Positions 1 through 12,172 of a stretch of 64,000 nucleotides of DNA are shown here, in pieces (positions within the stretch are counted from its first letter, which is position 1; each line of letters starts with the position of its first letter). The translations under genes were made by a program, and so were the position numbers. The notes beneath the pieces are model-generated. The model had not been told where the DNA came from and did not search any database. It saw nothing but the letters and a program-made list of their open reading frames with translations. The stretch spans positions 18,674 through 82,673 of the forward strand of contig JBCBJQ010000019.1 in assembly GCA_038523235.1 (NCBI GenBank), written 5' to 3'. This stretch comes from Cyanobacteria bacterium J06626_4. GTDB lineage: Bacteria > Cyanobacteriota > Cyanobacteriia > Phormidesmidales > Phormidesmidaceae.

Positions 1-330
1 CTCCTGGCTGTGGCCACTAAAGGCGGGGGCTTGGTCAATCAGCACTTTGGTCATGCCAAAGAATTCATGATTTACGAGGTGGATGCCACCGAAGCCAAGT
101 TCATCGGACACCGCAAAGTGGCCGACTACTGCCAGGGCGGTTACGGCGAAGAAGCGGCCCTGGACGGCATCATCGGCACCGTCGCTGACTGTAAGGCCGT
201 GCTGGCCGCTAAGGTTGGCCCCTGCCCGCAAAAAGAGCTGAAAAAAGCGGGCCTGCAGGTCGTGGAAGCCTACGACGTGATCGAGACTGTGGCTCGCCAG
301 TTCTATGACGAGCATGTCTTGGCGGCGTAG
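1..330 (+). CDS. nifB: NifB C-terminal part (NifX-like domain); 5' end lies outside the window
   Basis: [19 protein letters not shown]...GHRKV..YCQGG is the C-terminal domain of cyanobacterial NifB; it directly precedes fdxN-nifS-nifU. Confidence 0.92.
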   Translation, partial: LLAVATKGGGLVNQHFGHAKEFMIYEVDATEAKFIGHRKVADYCQGGYGEEAALDGIIGTVADCKAVLAAKVGPCPQKELKKAGLQVVEAYDVIETVARQFYDEHVLAA

Positions 331-400
331 CTGCTCCGAGGACTGCACTCCGGTGCAGTCCGTCTGCCTCAATCCTATTTACCTCACGAGGAATCGAGCC

Positions 401-769
401 ATGACATACGCCATCACCAGTGACTGTATTAGCTGCGATCGCTGCCTCTCGGCCTGCCCCACCGGCGCGATCGCAACGAATGGAACGAACGTGTGGATTG
501 AGGTTGATCGCTGCAACCAGTGTGAGGGGGCCTATGGGGTTCCCCAATGCTGGTCGGTGTGTCCCACCAACGAAGGCTGTGTGCCCCTGACGACTGGGGT
601 CGCCTCGGTGGCCCTGGCGACCGCCGGTGCACCGACTAACGATTATTGGACAGCTTGGTTCGCCAAATATACCCAGATGGTGGAGCGTCTCAAAGGGACG
701 CAGCAGTCGGGTTATTGGCGGCAGTGGTTTGACGACTACGCCCAACGGCTGCAGCAACTGCAGGCCTAA
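401..769 (+). CDS. fdxN: 2[4Fe-4S] ferredoxin FdxN with C-terminal helical extension
   Basis: CISCDRCLSACP and CNQC...PQCWSVCP motifs; RBS GAGGA before ATG 401; lies between nifB and nifS. Confidence 0.9.
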   Translation: MTYAITSDCISCDRCLSACPTGAIATNGTNVWIEVDRCNQCEGAYGVPQCWSVCPTNEGCVPLTTGVASVALATAGAPTNDYWTAWFAKYTQMVERLKGTQQSGYWRQWFDDYAQRLQQLQA

Positions 770-854
770 GCCTCGCCGGTCACCGGCCCTGAACTTGTCC
801 GTTTGCCTCGAATGCCTGACCCCCCAACCCTTTATTGCTAGCGCGGAGATTGTG

Positions 855-2048
855 ATGGTTATTTATTTAGACAACAACGCCACCACCCGAATTGACCCAG
901 CTGTGGTGGAGGCGATGCTGCCTTACCTGACCGAGCTGTATGGCAACCCTTCGTCAATGCACAGCTTTGGGGGCCAGGTCGGGGCATCCGTGCAAGATGC
1001 GCGCGAAAAAGTCGCCGCTCTGCTCGGGGCCGAAGATACCGAAATCATTTTCAATAGCTGCGGCAGTGAAGGCAACAATACTGCCATTCACGCGGCGCTG
1101 GCTGCCCAACCCGAGAAGCGCCACATCGTCACTACCGCCGTCGAGCACCCGGCCATTCTGAATGTGTGTAAGCACTTGGAAAAGAAGGGCTACACCGTCA
1201 CTTACCTCTCGGTGGATGGGCGCGGTCAGCTGGACCTGATGGAGCTGGAAGCTGCCATGACCGGCGGCACCGCCCTCGTCACCACGATGTACGCCAACAA
1301 CGAAACGGGAGTGATTTTCCCGGTCGAAGAGATTGGGGCGATCGCCCATGAATACGGCGCTACCTTCCATGTGGACGCCGTGCAGGCGGTGGGTAAAGTC
1401 GCCATTGACCTGAGCACCAGCACCATCGACTTGCTGACGCTCTCCGGTCACAAGCTGCATGCCCCCAAAGGGATTGGCGCACTGTATGTGCGACGGGGCT
1501 TCCGGTTCCGGCCCTTCCTGCTCGGTGGCCACCAAGAACGGGGCCGTCGGGCCGGGACGCAAAACGTGCCGGGTATCGTTGCCTTGGGCAAAGCGGCCGA
1601 ACTGGCCCAACGTGACCTGCGCAATGCCCCTAAGGAAGCTTGGCTGCGCGACTGTCTAGAGCGTGAACTGCTGGCCAACATTCCCGATTGTGAGGTCAAC
1701 GGCGGTGGCTCGCCCCGATTGCCCAACACCACCAACATTGGCTTCAAATACATCGAAGGCGAAGCCATTCTGTACATGCTCAACCGCGAAGGCATCTGCG
1801 CCTCCTCCGGTTCGGCTTGTACGTCGGGTTCCCTCGACCCGTCCCACGTGCTGACGGCGATGGGTTTGCCTTACACCATCTTGCACGGCTCGATTCGCTT
1901 CAGCCTGTCGCGCTTCACTACCGAAAGCGATGTGCAGCATGTGCTGGCGGTGATGCCCGGCATTGTTGAAAAACTGCGGGCGATGTCGCCTTTCAACAAC
2001 GACCAGGCTGAGTGGCTGCAAGAACGCGATGTGGCTGTTGCCACATAG
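855..2048 (+). CDS. nifS: Cysteine desulfurase NifS
   Basis: IYLDNNATT, SGHKLHAPKG (PLP lysine), SSGSACTS; start refined to ATG 855 after GGAG. Confidence 0.97.
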   Translation: MVIYLDNNATTRIDPAVVEAMLPYLTELYGNPSSMHSFGGQVGASVQDAREKVAALLGAEDTEIIFNSCGSEGNNTAIHAALAAQPEKRHIVTTAVEHPAILNVCKHLEKKGYTVTYLSVDGRGQLDLMELEAAMTGGTALVTTMYANNETGVIFPVEEIGAIAHEYGATFHVDAVQAVGKVAIDLSTSTIDLLTLSGHKLHAPKGIGALYVRRGFRFRPFLLGGHQERGRRAGTQNVPGIVALGKAAELAQRDLRNAPKEAWLRDCLERELLANIPDCEVNGGGSPRLPNTTNIGFKYIEGEAILYMLNREGICASSGSACTSGSLDPSHVLTAMGLPYTILHGSIRFSLSRFTTESDVQHVLAVMPGIVEKLRAMSPFNNDQAEWLQERDVAVAT

Positions 2049-2143
2049 GGCACAGATGACAGGGAACAAGGCCACAGAAACTCCCTATTCCCCCAATCCC
2101 GACTCTCTCTCCCTCCTGTTCACCCTCACCCCCCGAAACTGCC

Positions 2144-3052
2144 ATGTGGGACTACTCAGAAAAAGTACTCGACCTGTTCTATAACCCCCTGAACCAGGGG
2201 GCCATTGAAAATCCTGATCAGCCTGATGTAGCAGTGGTCTATGGCGAAGTGGGCAGCATTGCCTGCGGGGATGCCTTGAGACTGCACCTCAAGGTTCAGG
2301 TGTCAGCGGATGAGATTTTGGATGCCCGGTTCCAAACCTTTGGCTGCACGAGTGCGATCGCCTCTTCCTCGGCCCTGACTGAAATCATCAAAGGCAAAAC
2401 GTTAGACGAAGCGCTCAACATCTCCAATCAGGACATTGCTGACTTTCTCGGCGGCCTGCCGGAAGCCAAGATGCACTGCTCGGTGATGGGGCAAGAAGCC
2501 CTGGAAGCCGCCATCTACAAATATCGCGGTATTGAAGTCAAGCACGATGACGATGACGAAGGTAGCCTAATTTGCCAGTGCTACGGCATCACTGAGCCGA
2601 AAATTCGCCGAGTCATCATCGAAAACGACCTCAATGATGTTGAGCAAGTCACCAGCTATATCAAGGCGGGGGGCGGCTGTGGCTCTTGCCTCGCGGGCAT
2701 TGAAGACATCCTGATCGAAGTGCAGCAAGAGCGTGATGCGGTCCCTGGTCGAGTGGCGGCCGAAATCGCGATCGCCCAGATTGACGAAACCGCCGCGCCG
2801 CGCCATCTCACCACCGTGCAAAAAATCAAGCTGATTCAGCAGGTGCTGGATACCGAGATTCGGCCCATCCTCATGGCCGACGGCGGTGATGTTGAACTGT
2901 TTGACGTCGAGGGCGATCGCGTTCAGGTCACGCTCAAAGGCGCTTGTGGCGGCTGCGCCAGCAGCACTGCCACCCTCAAAAATTCCATCGAGGCCAAGTT
3001 AAAGGATCTGGTCTTACCCAGCCTCACGGTTGAAGAAGTCCCGGTGCTCTAA
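2144..3052 (+). CDS. nifU: Fe-S scaffold NifU
   Basis: MWDYSEKV, ACGDAL, FGC, KMHCS, central CxC...CxxC domain, C-terminal GACGGC Nfu domain. Confidence 0.97.
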   Translation: MWDYSEKVLDLFYNPLNQGAIENPDQPDVAVVYGEVGSIACGDALRLHLKVQVSADEILDARFQTFGCTSAIASSSALTEIIKGKTLDEALNISNQDIADFLGGLPEAKMHCSVMGQEALEAAIYKYRGIEVKHDDDDEGSLICQCYGITEPKIRRVIIENDLNDVEQVTSYIKAGGGCGSCLAGIEDILIEVQQERDAVPGRVAAEIAIAQIDETAAPRHLTTVQKIKLIQQVLDTEIRPILMADGGDVELFDVEGDRVQVTLKGACGGCASSTATLKNSIEAKLKDLVLPSLTVEEVPVL

Positions 3053-3197
3053 ATTTCGCCAGCCTCGCTCCTGCCTCTTCTGACCCTCTACTTCCCACTC
3101 GCCATGAACACACTTTCGACAGCCCTACACTTCGGGCGATCGCCACCCGCCTGACCCCGAAGTCTCCAGAAATCAGCTTTTCACCCTTGATTTCTGA

Positions 3198-4130
<933 letters not shown>

Positions 4131-4143
4131 ACCGTTTTGCTCA

Positions 4144-4199
4144 AGCAACCGGGCGGCGCTGAGCGGCCTCTCACCCGGCCCAACAGCGCCCCGGTTGCT
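4144..4199 (+). other. GC-rich stem-loop between nifH and nifD (mRNA stability or partial termination element)
   Basis: AGCAACCGGG (4144-4153) pairs with CCCGGTTGCT (4190-4199), with an inner GCGCTG/CAGCGC stem; no U-tract. Confidence 0.6.
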
Positions 4200-4239
4200 G
4201 ACTTCCTCTCCACTCACTCACCCTACCTAAGAGGTCACC

Positions 4240-5685
4240 ATGGCCACCGTAGAAGATCGCAAAGCGCTCGTCCAGGAAGTCCTGGAAGCGTATCCCGCCA
4301 AAGCTAAAAAGAGCCGCTCCAAGCACCTGAACGTAACTGAAGCAGACGCGTCCGACTGCGGCGTCAAGTCCAACAAAAAGTCTGTTCCTGGCGTAATGAC
4401 CACCCGTGGCTGTGCCTATGCAGGGGCTAAGGGTGTGGTCTGGGGGCCGGTTAAAGACATGATTCACATCAGCCACGGTCCGGTGGGCTGCGGCTACTAC
4501 TCCTGGTCTGGTCGTCGTAACTATTACATCGGCACCACGGGGGTTGATACCTTCGGCACGATGCAGTTCACCTCTGATTTCCAAGAGCGTGACATCGTGT
4601 TTGGGGGAGACAAAAAGCTCGACAAGCTGATTGATGAACTCGAAGTGCTCTTTCCCCTCAGTAAGGGCACCACGATTGAATCGGAATGTCCGGTAGGCTT
4701 GATCGGTGATGACATCGAAGCCGTCGCCCGTAAGCAAGCTAAGAAAACTGGCAAGCCGGTAGTCCCCGTTCGTTGTGAAGGTTTCCGCGGCGTTTCGCAA
4801 TCGCTGGGTCACCACATTGCCAACGACACCGTGCGAGATTGGGTGCTGCCCAAGGCCGATGAGTATCGGCAAACCCCTGAAGGGTTTGAGCCTGGCCCCT
4901 ACGATGTCAACATCATTGGTGACTACAACATCGGTGGTGATGCTTGGCCCAGCCGCTTATTGCTAGAGGCGATCGGCCTGCGCGTCATCTGTCAGTTCTC
5001 GGGTGATGGCACCTTTAACGAAGTGGTGATGACGCCCCTGGCGAAGATGAACCTGATCCACTGTTATCGCTCGATGAACTACATCTGCCGCTTCATGGAA
5101 GAGAAGTATCAGATCCCCTGGTTGGAGTACAACTTCTTTGGCCCCACCCAAATCGCCAAATCATTGCGCAAGATTGCGGCTCAGTTTGACGAAACCATCC
5201 AAGCGAAAGCAGAGGAAGTGATCGCCAGCTTCCAGCCCCGGATGGACGCCATCCTGGATAAGTATCGCGCTCGTCTCGAAGGTAAGGAAGTGATGATGAT
5301 GGTGGGTGGCCTGCGGCCTCGCCACGTTGTCCCCGCCTTTGAAGACTTGGGAATGAAGGTGATCGGTACGGGCTATGAGTTCGGTCACGGCGATGACTAC
5401 AAGCGGACTGCTGACTATGTCGGCGAAGGCACCGTCATTTATGACGACGTCAGTGGCTTTGAGTTTGAAGAACTCGCCAAGCAGATGAAGCCCGACCTGA
5501 TCGCTGCTGGCATCAAAGAGAAGTATGTCTTCCAGAAGATGGCGCTGCCCTTCCGCCAGATGCACTCCTGGGATTATTCCGGTCCGTATCACGGCTACGA
5601 AGGCTTTGAAGTCTTTGCCCGCGACATGGATATGGCGATCAACAACCCCACCTGGAGTTTAGTCAACGCCCCTTGGGCTGAGTAG
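4240..5685 (+). CDS. nifD: Nitrogenase MoFe protein alpha chain, uninterrupted
   Basis: [45 protein letters not shown]. Confidence 0.99.
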   Translation: MATVEDRKALVQEVLEAYPAKAKKSRSKHLNVTEADASDCGVKSNKKSVPGVMTTRGCAYAGAKGVVWGPVKDMIHISHGPVGCGYYSWSGRRNYYIGTTGVDTFGTMQFTSDFQERDIVFGGDKKLDKLIDELEVLFPLSKGTTIESECPVGLIGDDIEAVARKQAKKTGKPVVPVRCEGFRGVSQSLGHHIANDTVRDWVLPKADEYRQTPEGFEPGPYDVNIIGDYNIGGDAWPSRLLLEAIGLRVICQFSGDGTFNEVVMTPLAKMNLIHCYRSMNYICRFMEEKYQIPWLEYNFFGPTQIAKSLRKIAAQFDETIQAKAEEVIASFQPRMDAILDKYRARLEGKEVMMMVGGLRPRHVVPAFEDLGMKVIGTGYEFGHGDDYKRTADYVGEGTVIYDDVSGFEFEELAKQMKPDLIAAGIKEKYVFQKMALPFRQMHSWDYSGPYHGYEGFEVFARDMDMAINNPTWSLVNAPWAE

Positions 5686-5803
5686 GGGAGTCATGAGTAG
5701 GGGGTTCAATCAACCCGATCCCTCTACTCTCTACCCTCTTCTACCCGCCACTCATCCACGCTTTTACCCCCCTCACTCATCCACCGCTCCCGAGGAGAAC
5801 ACC

Positions 5804-7372
5804 ATGACTGAGAACACCAATCCCCAAGTGCCGGCGAACCCGTCTGAGCCGGGCAAGATTCAAGACCACTTCGATCTGTTCCATACCGATACGTACCAAG
5901 ATCTATTTGAGTACAAGCGTCAGTTTGAAGGGGCGCACGATCGCGACCTCGTTACCGAAACTGCTGAATGGACTAAGAGCTGGGAATATCGCGAAAAGAA
6001 CTTTTCGCGGGAAGCGCTGACCATCAACCCGGCTAAAGCCTGTCAGCCTTTGGGTTCGCTGTTTGTGGCTGCCGGGTTTGAAGGCACGCTGCCCTACAGC
6101 CATGGTTCGCAAGGCTGTGTGGCGTACTTCCGCACTCACTTGACCAGAAACTACAAAGAGCCCTTCCAGGCCGTTTCCTCCTCTATGACCGAGGATGCTG
6201 CGGTATTTGGTGGCCTCAATAACCTCAAGAATGGCTTGCAGAACTCCTACGCCCTCTATAAGCCCAAGATGATTGCCCTCTGCACCACCTGTATGGCTGA
6301 GGTCATTGGGGATGACATTGGTGCCTTCATTCAGACGGCGAAGAATGAAGAGCTGATTCCCGAAGATTTGCCGGTGCCAGCAGCGCACACGCCGAGCTTT
6401 GTGGGGTCTCACATCACGGGTTACGACAATATGCTGGTGAGCATCCTCAAGACGCTGACCGCAGGCAAGAAAGCGGAAACCACCAACGGTAAGTTCAACT
6501 TCAACCTGGGCTTTGACGCCTACATTGGCAACCTGCGCGAACTGAAGCGGATTCTGGGCCTGTTTGGCATCGACTACACCATCCTCTCGGACAACTCCGA
6601 TACGTTTGATTCGCCCAACACTGGCGAATTCAAGATGTACAACGGGTTGACCACGCTCGAAGAGGCCGGTGACTCGATCAATGCGGAAGGCAGCTTCTTC
6701 TTCCAGAAGTACACCACGCCCAAGACTCAGGAATACATCACGAAGGAATGGGAGCAAAAGACCTATAACTTCCGTCCCTTCGGCATCAAAGGCACCGACG
6801 AATTCTTGATGGCGCTGTCTGCCATCACGGGTAAGGCGATTCCTCAAGAGCTGCAGCAAGAGCGGGGTCGCGCCGTGGATGCGATGACTGACTCGCAAGC
6901 CTGGATTCACGGCAAGCGTGTGGCCCTTTACGGCGACCCGGATCATGTGTTTGGCATTACCCAGTTCTTGCTCGAAATGGGGGCTGAGCCCGTCCACATC
7001 GTGGTCACCAACAGCAACCCTGACTTCGAAGCCGAACTGCGGGAAGTGTTGACCAACAGCCCCTACGGCCAAGAGGCCACCATCTGGGGCAAGAAGGATT
7101 TGTGGCACCTGCGTTCCTTGATGTTTACTGAGCCGGTTGACCTGTTGATTGGCAACTCCTACGGCAAGTACCTCTGGCGTGATACCCATACGCCGCTGGT
7201 GCGCATTGGTTATCCGATCTTCGATCGCCACCACATGCACCGCTACGCCACCTTGGGCTACCAGGGCGCGATCAACCAGTTCAACTGGATCGTCAACACC
7301 ATCCTTGACGAACTAGATCGCAAGACGATCATCCCGTCGAAGACAGACATCTCCTTTGACCTGATCCGTTAA
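5804..7372 (+). CDS. nifK: Nitrogenase MoFe protein beta chain
   Basis: INPAKACQPLG, HGSQGC, TCMAEVIGDD, terminal FDLIR; ATG 5804 follows GAGGAG. Confidence 0.99.
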   Translation: MTENTNPQVPANPSEPGKIQDHFDLFHTDTYQDLFEYKRQFEGAHDRDLVTETAEWTKSWEYREKNFSREALTINPAKACQPLGSLFVAAGFEGTLPYSHGSQGCVAYFRTHLTRNYKEPFQAVSSSMTEDAAVFGGLNNLKNGLQNSYALYKPKMIALCTTCMAEVIGDDIGAFIQTAKNEELIPEDLPVPAAHTPSFVGSHITGYDNMLVSILKTLTAGKKAETTNGKFNFNLGFDAYIGNLRELKRILGLFGIDYTILSDNSDTFDSPNTGEFKMYNGLTTLEEAGDSINAEGSFFFQKYTTPKTQEYITKEWEQKTYNFRPFGIKGTDEFLMALSAITGKAIPQELQQERGRAVDAMTDSQAWIHGKRVALYGDPDHVFGITQFLLEMGAEPVHIVVTNSNPDFEAELREVLTNSPYGQEATIWGKKDLWHLRSLMFTEPVDLLIGNSYGKYLWRDTHTPLVRIGYPIFDRHHMHRYATLGYQGAINQFNWIVNTILDELDRKTIIPSKTDISFDLIR

Positions 7373-7387
7373 AGGGTGGGTGGGTGA

Positions 7388-7441
7388 AGGGTTCGAGGTT
7401 CAAGGTGGGGGCTTAATGTTTCCCCTTGAACCTTGAACCCT
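7388..7441. repeat. Inverted repeat of heptamer units downstream of nifK
   Basis: AGGGTTCGAGGTTCAAGG (7388-7405) pairs with CCTTGAACCTTGAACCCT (7424-7441), 18 bp with one G-U pair. Confidence 0.7.
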
Positions 7442-7505
7442 AGACCTTAATTCTTCCGCTTCCGCCTGATATTTCTCCATTCTTGATCCTTCATCCTTGA
7501 TTCCC

Positions 7506-7802
7506 ATGAAACTCAGCGAAGAAGTCGAACTTGACGGTCCCCCCCTTTACGACATGGGTAGCCGCGTCCGCGTCAAAAAGGTCATCCGCAACGATGGCAC
7601 TTTTCCGGGTAAAGACATCGGCTTCCACCTCGCCAAAAAGGGCGACGTTGGCTACATCGTGGGCATTGGCACCTATCTGCAGCGCGCCTACATCTATTCC
7701 GTTCACTTTATTGAAAGCAACTATGTCGTTGGTTGCCTCAGTCGCGAACTCGAGCTGACAGACGACGACTACAAGCCGTTGATTCCCCAAGAAGACTGGT
7801 AA
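7506..7802 (+). CDS. nifZ: NifZ, MoFe protein maturation
   Basis: VRVKKVIRNDGTFPG...G.VGYI..IGTYLQ..YIYSVHF......VVGC...EL. Confidence 0.95.
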   Translation: MKLSEEVELDGPPLYDMGSRVRVKKVIRNDGTFPGKDIGFHLAKKGDVGYIVGIGTYLQRAYIYSVHFIESNYVVGCLSRELELTDDDYKPLIPQEDW

Positions 7803-7807
7803 GACCG

Positions 7808-8128
7808 ATGGATACTTTTACTGCTCACACTCACCCCCATCCGCCCCTGGCACCGCGCCAACCCCGCCTCGGCCTGTTGAATCCCCTGCGCCGTTGGATC
7901 GACCAGATTGAAGTCCGCGATCGCACCTTTGCCCACCGGGTTTGCCAGGTGATTCCCTGCTGTTGCCCGTTCGAACGCACCTTTGCGGTGCTGGGCCGGG
8001 AAATCCACATTCCCGCTCTCTGCGAACTCAACCCGATTTACGACGAACTCGTCGGCCTGCGATTTCGCTCTTTGAACTATCTCGCCGATGTCTGCGGAGA
8101 AGATATCACCCGCTATATCTGCGATTGA
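7808..8128 (+). CDS. Mo-dependent nitrogenase C-terminal domain protein
   Basis: LL.PLRRWID.IEV....AH.VC..IP..CPFER......HIP.LC..NP.YDELVGLRFR.L.YLAD.CGED is typical of this cyanobacterial family. Confidence 0.85.
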   Translation: MDTFTAHTHPHPPLAPRQPRLGLLNPLRRWIDQIEVRDRTFAHRVCQVIPCCCPFERTFAVLGREIHIPALCELNPIYDELVGLRFRSLNYLADVCGEDITRYICD

Positions 8129-8151
8129 TCGGGGCGATCGCCCCCACCCCC

Positions 8152-8261
8152 GTACGGGCAAGGCATTCTGAACCACACGCACATGCCGTACGGGCGAGGC
8201 ATTTCGGTTGTCACTGATTGGACGAACCAGCAACGTCATTCACGAAATGCCTCGCCCCTGC
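8152..8261. repeat. REP/MITE-like palindromic element, copy 1
   Basis: GGGCGAGGCATTTCG (8192-8206) / CGAAATGCCTCGCCC (8243-8257) perfect 15-bp inverted repeat, with an extra left arm at 8152-8167. Confidence 0.8.
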
Positions 8262-8331
8262 AGTCCCATCCACCCGCCACCCTCTCACTCCGCCGCCCTC
8301 TCACTCCGCCGCCCCTTACCGCCCCACCGCC

Positions 8332-11205
8332 ATGAAAATGACCTCTGGGAAAATCAATGAGCTCTTGACCCAGCCGGGTTGCGAGCATAATCACAAAAAA
8401 GAAGGCAAGGGTAAAAACAAAGCTTGTCAGCAACAAGCTCAGCCCGGTGCCGCCCAGGGTGGCTGTGCCTTTGATGGTGCCAGCATTGCCCTCGTCCCCA
8501 TTACTGACGTCGCGCATCTGGTACACGGCCCGATCGCCTGTGCCGGTAACTCGTGGGGCAGTCGGGGCAGTCTGTCCTCTGGCCCCATGATCTACAAAAT
8601 GGGGTTCACCACGGATCTGAGCGAAAACGACATCATCTTTGGCGGAGAAAAGAAGCTCTACAAAGCGGTGCGGGAAGTCAAGGAACGCTATAACCCCGCT
8701 GCTGTATTTGTCTACCTCACCTGCGTCACGGCGCTGATTGGCGATGATTTGGATGCGGTGTGTAAGGCCGCCAGCGAAAAATTTGAGATTCCGGTGATTC
8801 CCGTCAGTTCTCCGGGCTTTGTCGGCAGCAAGAACCTGGGTAACCGCATCGGTGGTGAGGCGCTGCTGGAGTACGTGGTCGGCACCGGCGAACCGGAATA
8901 TACCACCCCCTTCGACATCAACCTGATTGGCGAATACAACATCGCGGGTGAGATGTGGGGCGTCACGCCGCTGCTGGAAAAAGTGGGCATTCGCGTGCTC
9001 TCGAAAATTACCGGTGATGCTCGCTATCAGGAAATCACTTATGCTCACCGGGCCAAGCTCAACGTGATGATCTGCTCGAAAGCGCTGATCAACATGGCCC
9101 ACAAAATGCAGGAGCGCTACGACATTCCCTATATCGAAGCGTCGATTTACGGCGTGGAGGATATCAACAATCTGCTGCGGGCGATCGCCGCCCACTTCAA
9201 CGACGAGGCTTTGAAGGCCCGCGTGGAAGCCCTCATCGTTGAAGAAACCGCTCGGCTCACCGACGCCTTAGCCCCCTACCGTGAACGCTTACTAGGCAAG
9301 CGCGTTGTCCTTTACACCGGTGGGGTTAAGAGCTGGTCCATCATCTCGGCGGCCCATGACTTGGGCATCGATGTCGTGGCCACGAGCACCAAAAAGAGCA
9401 CCGAAGAAGACAAAGCCCGCATCAAAAACCTGCTCGGCAAAGACGGCATGATGCTGCAAAAGGGCAATGCTCAAGAACTGCTGAAGGTCATCGCTAAAAC
9501 CAAAGCTGACATGCTGATCGCGGGCGGGCGCAACCAATACACTGCCCTCAAAGCGCGGATTCCGTTTCTCGACATCAACCAAGAACGCCACCACCCTTAC
9601 GCCGGGTACATCGGCATGATTGAGATGGCCAAGGAACTGGACGAAGCCCTGCACAGCCCCATTTGGGAGCAGGTGCGTCGGGTGGCTCCTTGGGAGCAAA
9701 AAGATGATGGCTTAGGCGAGCCGGTGTTGGGAGTGGGGCAGAACGTCCTCGAACCCCACGCTGCTGTGCAAGAGCCTCTCGCCCCGGCTCCCACCAAAGT
9801 GGTCTCTCGCCGCAAAGGCGTGGCCGTTAATCCACTGAAGCAAAGCCAACCCCTTGGGGCGGCCCTCGCCTACCTGGGCGTCAAAGGCATCATGCCGCTG
9901 TTCCACGGGTCGCAAGGCTGTACAGCCTTTGCCAAGGTGATGCTGGTGCGCCACTTCCGGGAAGCGATTCCCCTTTCCACCACGGCCATGACCGAGGTCT
10001 CCACCATTCTCGGCGGTGAGGACAATGTGGAAACGGCGCTCCTGACGCTGATCGAAAAGTCTCAGCCCGAAATCGTGGGGCTCTGTACCACCGGCCTGAC
10101 GGAAACGCGGGGCGATGATATGGATGGCATTTTGCGCACGATTCGTAAGCGTCGTACTGAACTCGCAAACCTGCCGATCGCCTTCGCCTCCACCCCTGAC
10201 TTTAAGGGGGCTTTGCAAGATGGCTTTGCCGCTGCTGTGGAAGCCCTGGTGCGAGATATTCCCATCGAGTATGACGACAGTGTTGATGTGGATGCTCTGC
10301 ACGCTGACCCTTATTACCCCTACGCGGTGAACGAAACGCAGGCCCAGGTCACAGTGCTCGCCGGGCCATCGCTGGCACCGGGAGATGTGCAGGCAGTCAA
10401 AGATATAGTGACAGCGTTTGGCCTGAAGGCCGTAATGGTGCCCGACTTGTCTCAGTCGCTCGATGGCCATCTGTCCGACGAATATAGTGCGGTGACCAGC
10501 GGCGGCACCACGGTCGAAGAGCTGAAGACGCTCTATCAGTCACGCTACACGATCGCGATCGGTCACATCATGACCACCGCCGCTGAGATCTTGCAGCAGC
10601 GCTTTGGCACTGAGTTCACCGTCTTCAACAGCTTGACGGGCTTGAGCGAAGTCGATGTCTTTTTGCAAAAGCTGTCAGCGGTCAGTGGCCAACCCGTGCC
10701 CGACAAATATCGGCACCAGCGGCAGCAACTGCAAGACGCCATTCTCGACACCCATTTCTTCTTTGGTCGCAAGCGGGTGGCCCTGGCGCTAGAGCCCGAT
10801 TTACTGCACACCATGGCCTGGTGGCTCAAGACGACCGGGGCAGAAGTCCACGCTGCCGTTACAACCACTAAATCCAAGCTGCTGAAGGACTTGCCCCTCG
10901 ATACGGTCACCATTGGCGATTTGGAAGACTTTGCCGAGCTAGCGCAAGGGGCCGACCTGCTGATTGGTAACTCCAACGTTAAAGCCATTGCGAAAAAGTT
11001 GGACGTGCCGCTTTATCGCTTGGGCTTCCCCGTGTTCGATCGCCTGGGCAATGGCCGCCGCACCACCGTGGGCTACGACGGGACGACCCAGCTGTTGTTT
11101 GACGTCGGCAACTTGTTTTTAGAAGCCGATGAGGAGAATGCCCACGCGCTGGTGCATAGCTGGCGAGAAGGCCAGGGGGAAATGAGTCACGAGTTGTTGG
11201 TATAA
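8332..11205 (+). CDS. nifEN: Fused NifE-NifN FeMo-cofactor scaffold
   Basis: One ORF: NifE motifs ([26 protein letters not shown]), a ~30-aa linker, then NifN motifs ([30 protein letters not shown]). Confidence 0.95.
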   Translation: MKMTSGKINELLTQPGCEHNHKKEGKGKNKACQQQAQPGAAQGGCAFDGASIALVPITDVAHLVHGPIACAGNSWGSRGSLSSGPMIYKMGFTTDLSENDIIFGGEKKLYKAVREVKERYNPAAVFVYLTCVTALIGDDLDAVCKAASEKFEIPVIPVSSPGFVGSKNLGNRIGGEALLEYVVGTGEPEYTTPFDINLIGEYNIAGEMWGVTPLLEKVGIRVLSKITGDARYQEITYAHRAKLNVMICSKALINMAHKMQERYDIPYIEASIYGVEDINNLLRAIAAHFNDEALKARVEALIVEETARLTDALAPYRERLLGKRVVLYTGGVKSWSIISAAHDLGIDVVATSTKKSTEEDKARIKNLLGKDGMMLQKGNAQELLKVIAKTKADMLIAGGRNQYTALKARIPFLDINQERHHPYAGYIGMIEMAKELDEALHSPIWEQVRRVAPWEQKDDGLGEPVLGVGQNVLEPHAAVQEPLAPAPTKVVSRRKGVAVNPLKQSQPLGAALAYLGVKGIMPLFHGSQGCTAFAKVMLVRHFREAIPLSTTAMTEVSTILGGEDNVETALLTLIEKSQPEIVGLCTTGLTETRGDDMDGILRTIRKRRTELANLPIAFASTPDFKGALQDGFAAAVEALVRDIPIEYDDSVDVDALHADPYYPYAVNETQAQVTVLAGPSLAPGDVQAVKDIVTAFGLKAVMVPDLSQSLDGHLSDEYSAVTSGGTTVEELKTLYQSRYTIAIGHIMTTAAEILQQRFGTEFTVFNSLTGLSEVDVFLQKLSAVSGQPVPDKYRHQRQQLQDAILDTHFFFGRKRVALALEPDLLHTMAWWLKTTGAEVHAAVTTTKSKLLKDLPLDTVTIGDLEDFAELAQGADLLIGNSNVKAIAKKLDVPLYRLGFPVFDRLGNGRRTTVGYDGTTQLLFDVGNLFLEADEENAHALVHSWREGQGEMSHELLV

Positions 11206-11270
11206 CCGCCTCTGGTTCTACCCATGCGCCTCGACGCCCCGCCGCTTGATTTTCCACAAGGAGACCCCTG

Positions 11271-11696
11271 ATGAAAGTTGCATTCACAACCCGAGACTCG
11301 GCAACCATTAATGCCCACTTTGGCTCGGCCAATCGAGTTGATGTCTATGAGGTGGACACCGCAGGCTACACCTTTCTAGAGACGCTGGAATTTGGCGGCA
11401 ATCTCAAAGAAGACGGCAATGAAGACAAGCTAGAGCCCAAGGTCAAAGCGCTGGACGGCTGCACCCTGGTCTATGTCTCCGCCATTGGTGGCAGTGCCGC
11501 CGCTCGCCTCATTCGCAAAAATATTACCCCCGTCAAGGCCCAGACAGAGGCAGATGACATCCAAGACGTGCTGACCCGGTTGGTGGAAACCCTCAACGGC
11601 AGTCCGCCCCCCTGGTTACGCAAGGCGCTGCAAAAGAGTCAGCCCCGCAACTTTGAAGACGATTTTGACACTATCGAGGAGGAAGTACTCGTATGA
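11271..11696 (+). CDS. nifX: NifX
   Basis: MKVAFTT.D...INAHFGSA, EDGNEDKL..K, SAIGGSAAA, PPPWLRKAL. Confidence 0.95.
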   Translation: MKVAFTTRDSATINAHFGSANRVDVYEVDTAGYTFLETLEFGGNLKEDGNEDKLEPKVKALDGCTLVYVSAIGGSAAARLIRKNITPVKAQTEADDIQDVLTRLVETLNGSPPPWLRKALQKSQPRNFEDDFDTIEEEVLV

Positions 11697-12172
11697 GCCC
11701 CGCACCTGTCGCTGCTGCCCTAGATGCAGCCCTGCTTGTTGATAACTCGCCTTTCCTAAAGGCGATCGTGCAGCAAATTCGCGCTAACGACCCCTACGGC
11801 ACCTACCGCAATTGGGCGGATGAGCTGCTGCTCAAGCCCTATGTGCTCAGCAAAGCCCAAAAGCGCGAGATTTCTGTAGAGGGAGAAGTTGACCTGATTA
11901 CCCAGAGCCGGGTGATGGCTTTTTACCGGGCGGTGGCTTATCGCATCGAAGAAGAGTCGGGCCTGCTTTCCCAAGTGGTGATCGACCTGAGCCACGAAGG
12001 CTTCGGTTGGGCGCTGGTGTTCTCCGGACGGCTCTTGCTCGTTTCCAAAACCTTACGAGATGCCCAACGCTTTGGCTTTGCCTCCCTCGAAAAGCTCAAC
12101 GACGAAGGCGAAAAGTTAGTCAACAGAGGGATTGAGCTAGCGCAGCGGTTTCCAGAAGTCGCTGACGTTTAG
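11693..12172 (+). CDS. NifX-associated protein (DUF269 type)
   Basis: RA.D.YG, LSHEGFG.ALVFSGRL, LRDAQRFGF.SLEKL; ATGA overlap with nifX. Confidence 0.9.
   Translation: MSPAPVAAALDAALLVDNSPFLKAIVQQIRANDPYGTYRNWADELLLKPYVLSKAQKREISVEGEVDLITQSRVMAFYRAVAYRIEEESGLLSQVVIDLSHEGFGWALVFSGRLLLVSKTLRDAQRFGFASLEKLNDEGEKLVNRGIELAQRFPEVADV

Noticed and set aside
5903..7240. Long antisense ORFs (445 aa opposite nifK, 319 aa opposite nifE, and many others)
   Set aside because: Shadow frames of GC-biased coding genes with no recognisable motifs
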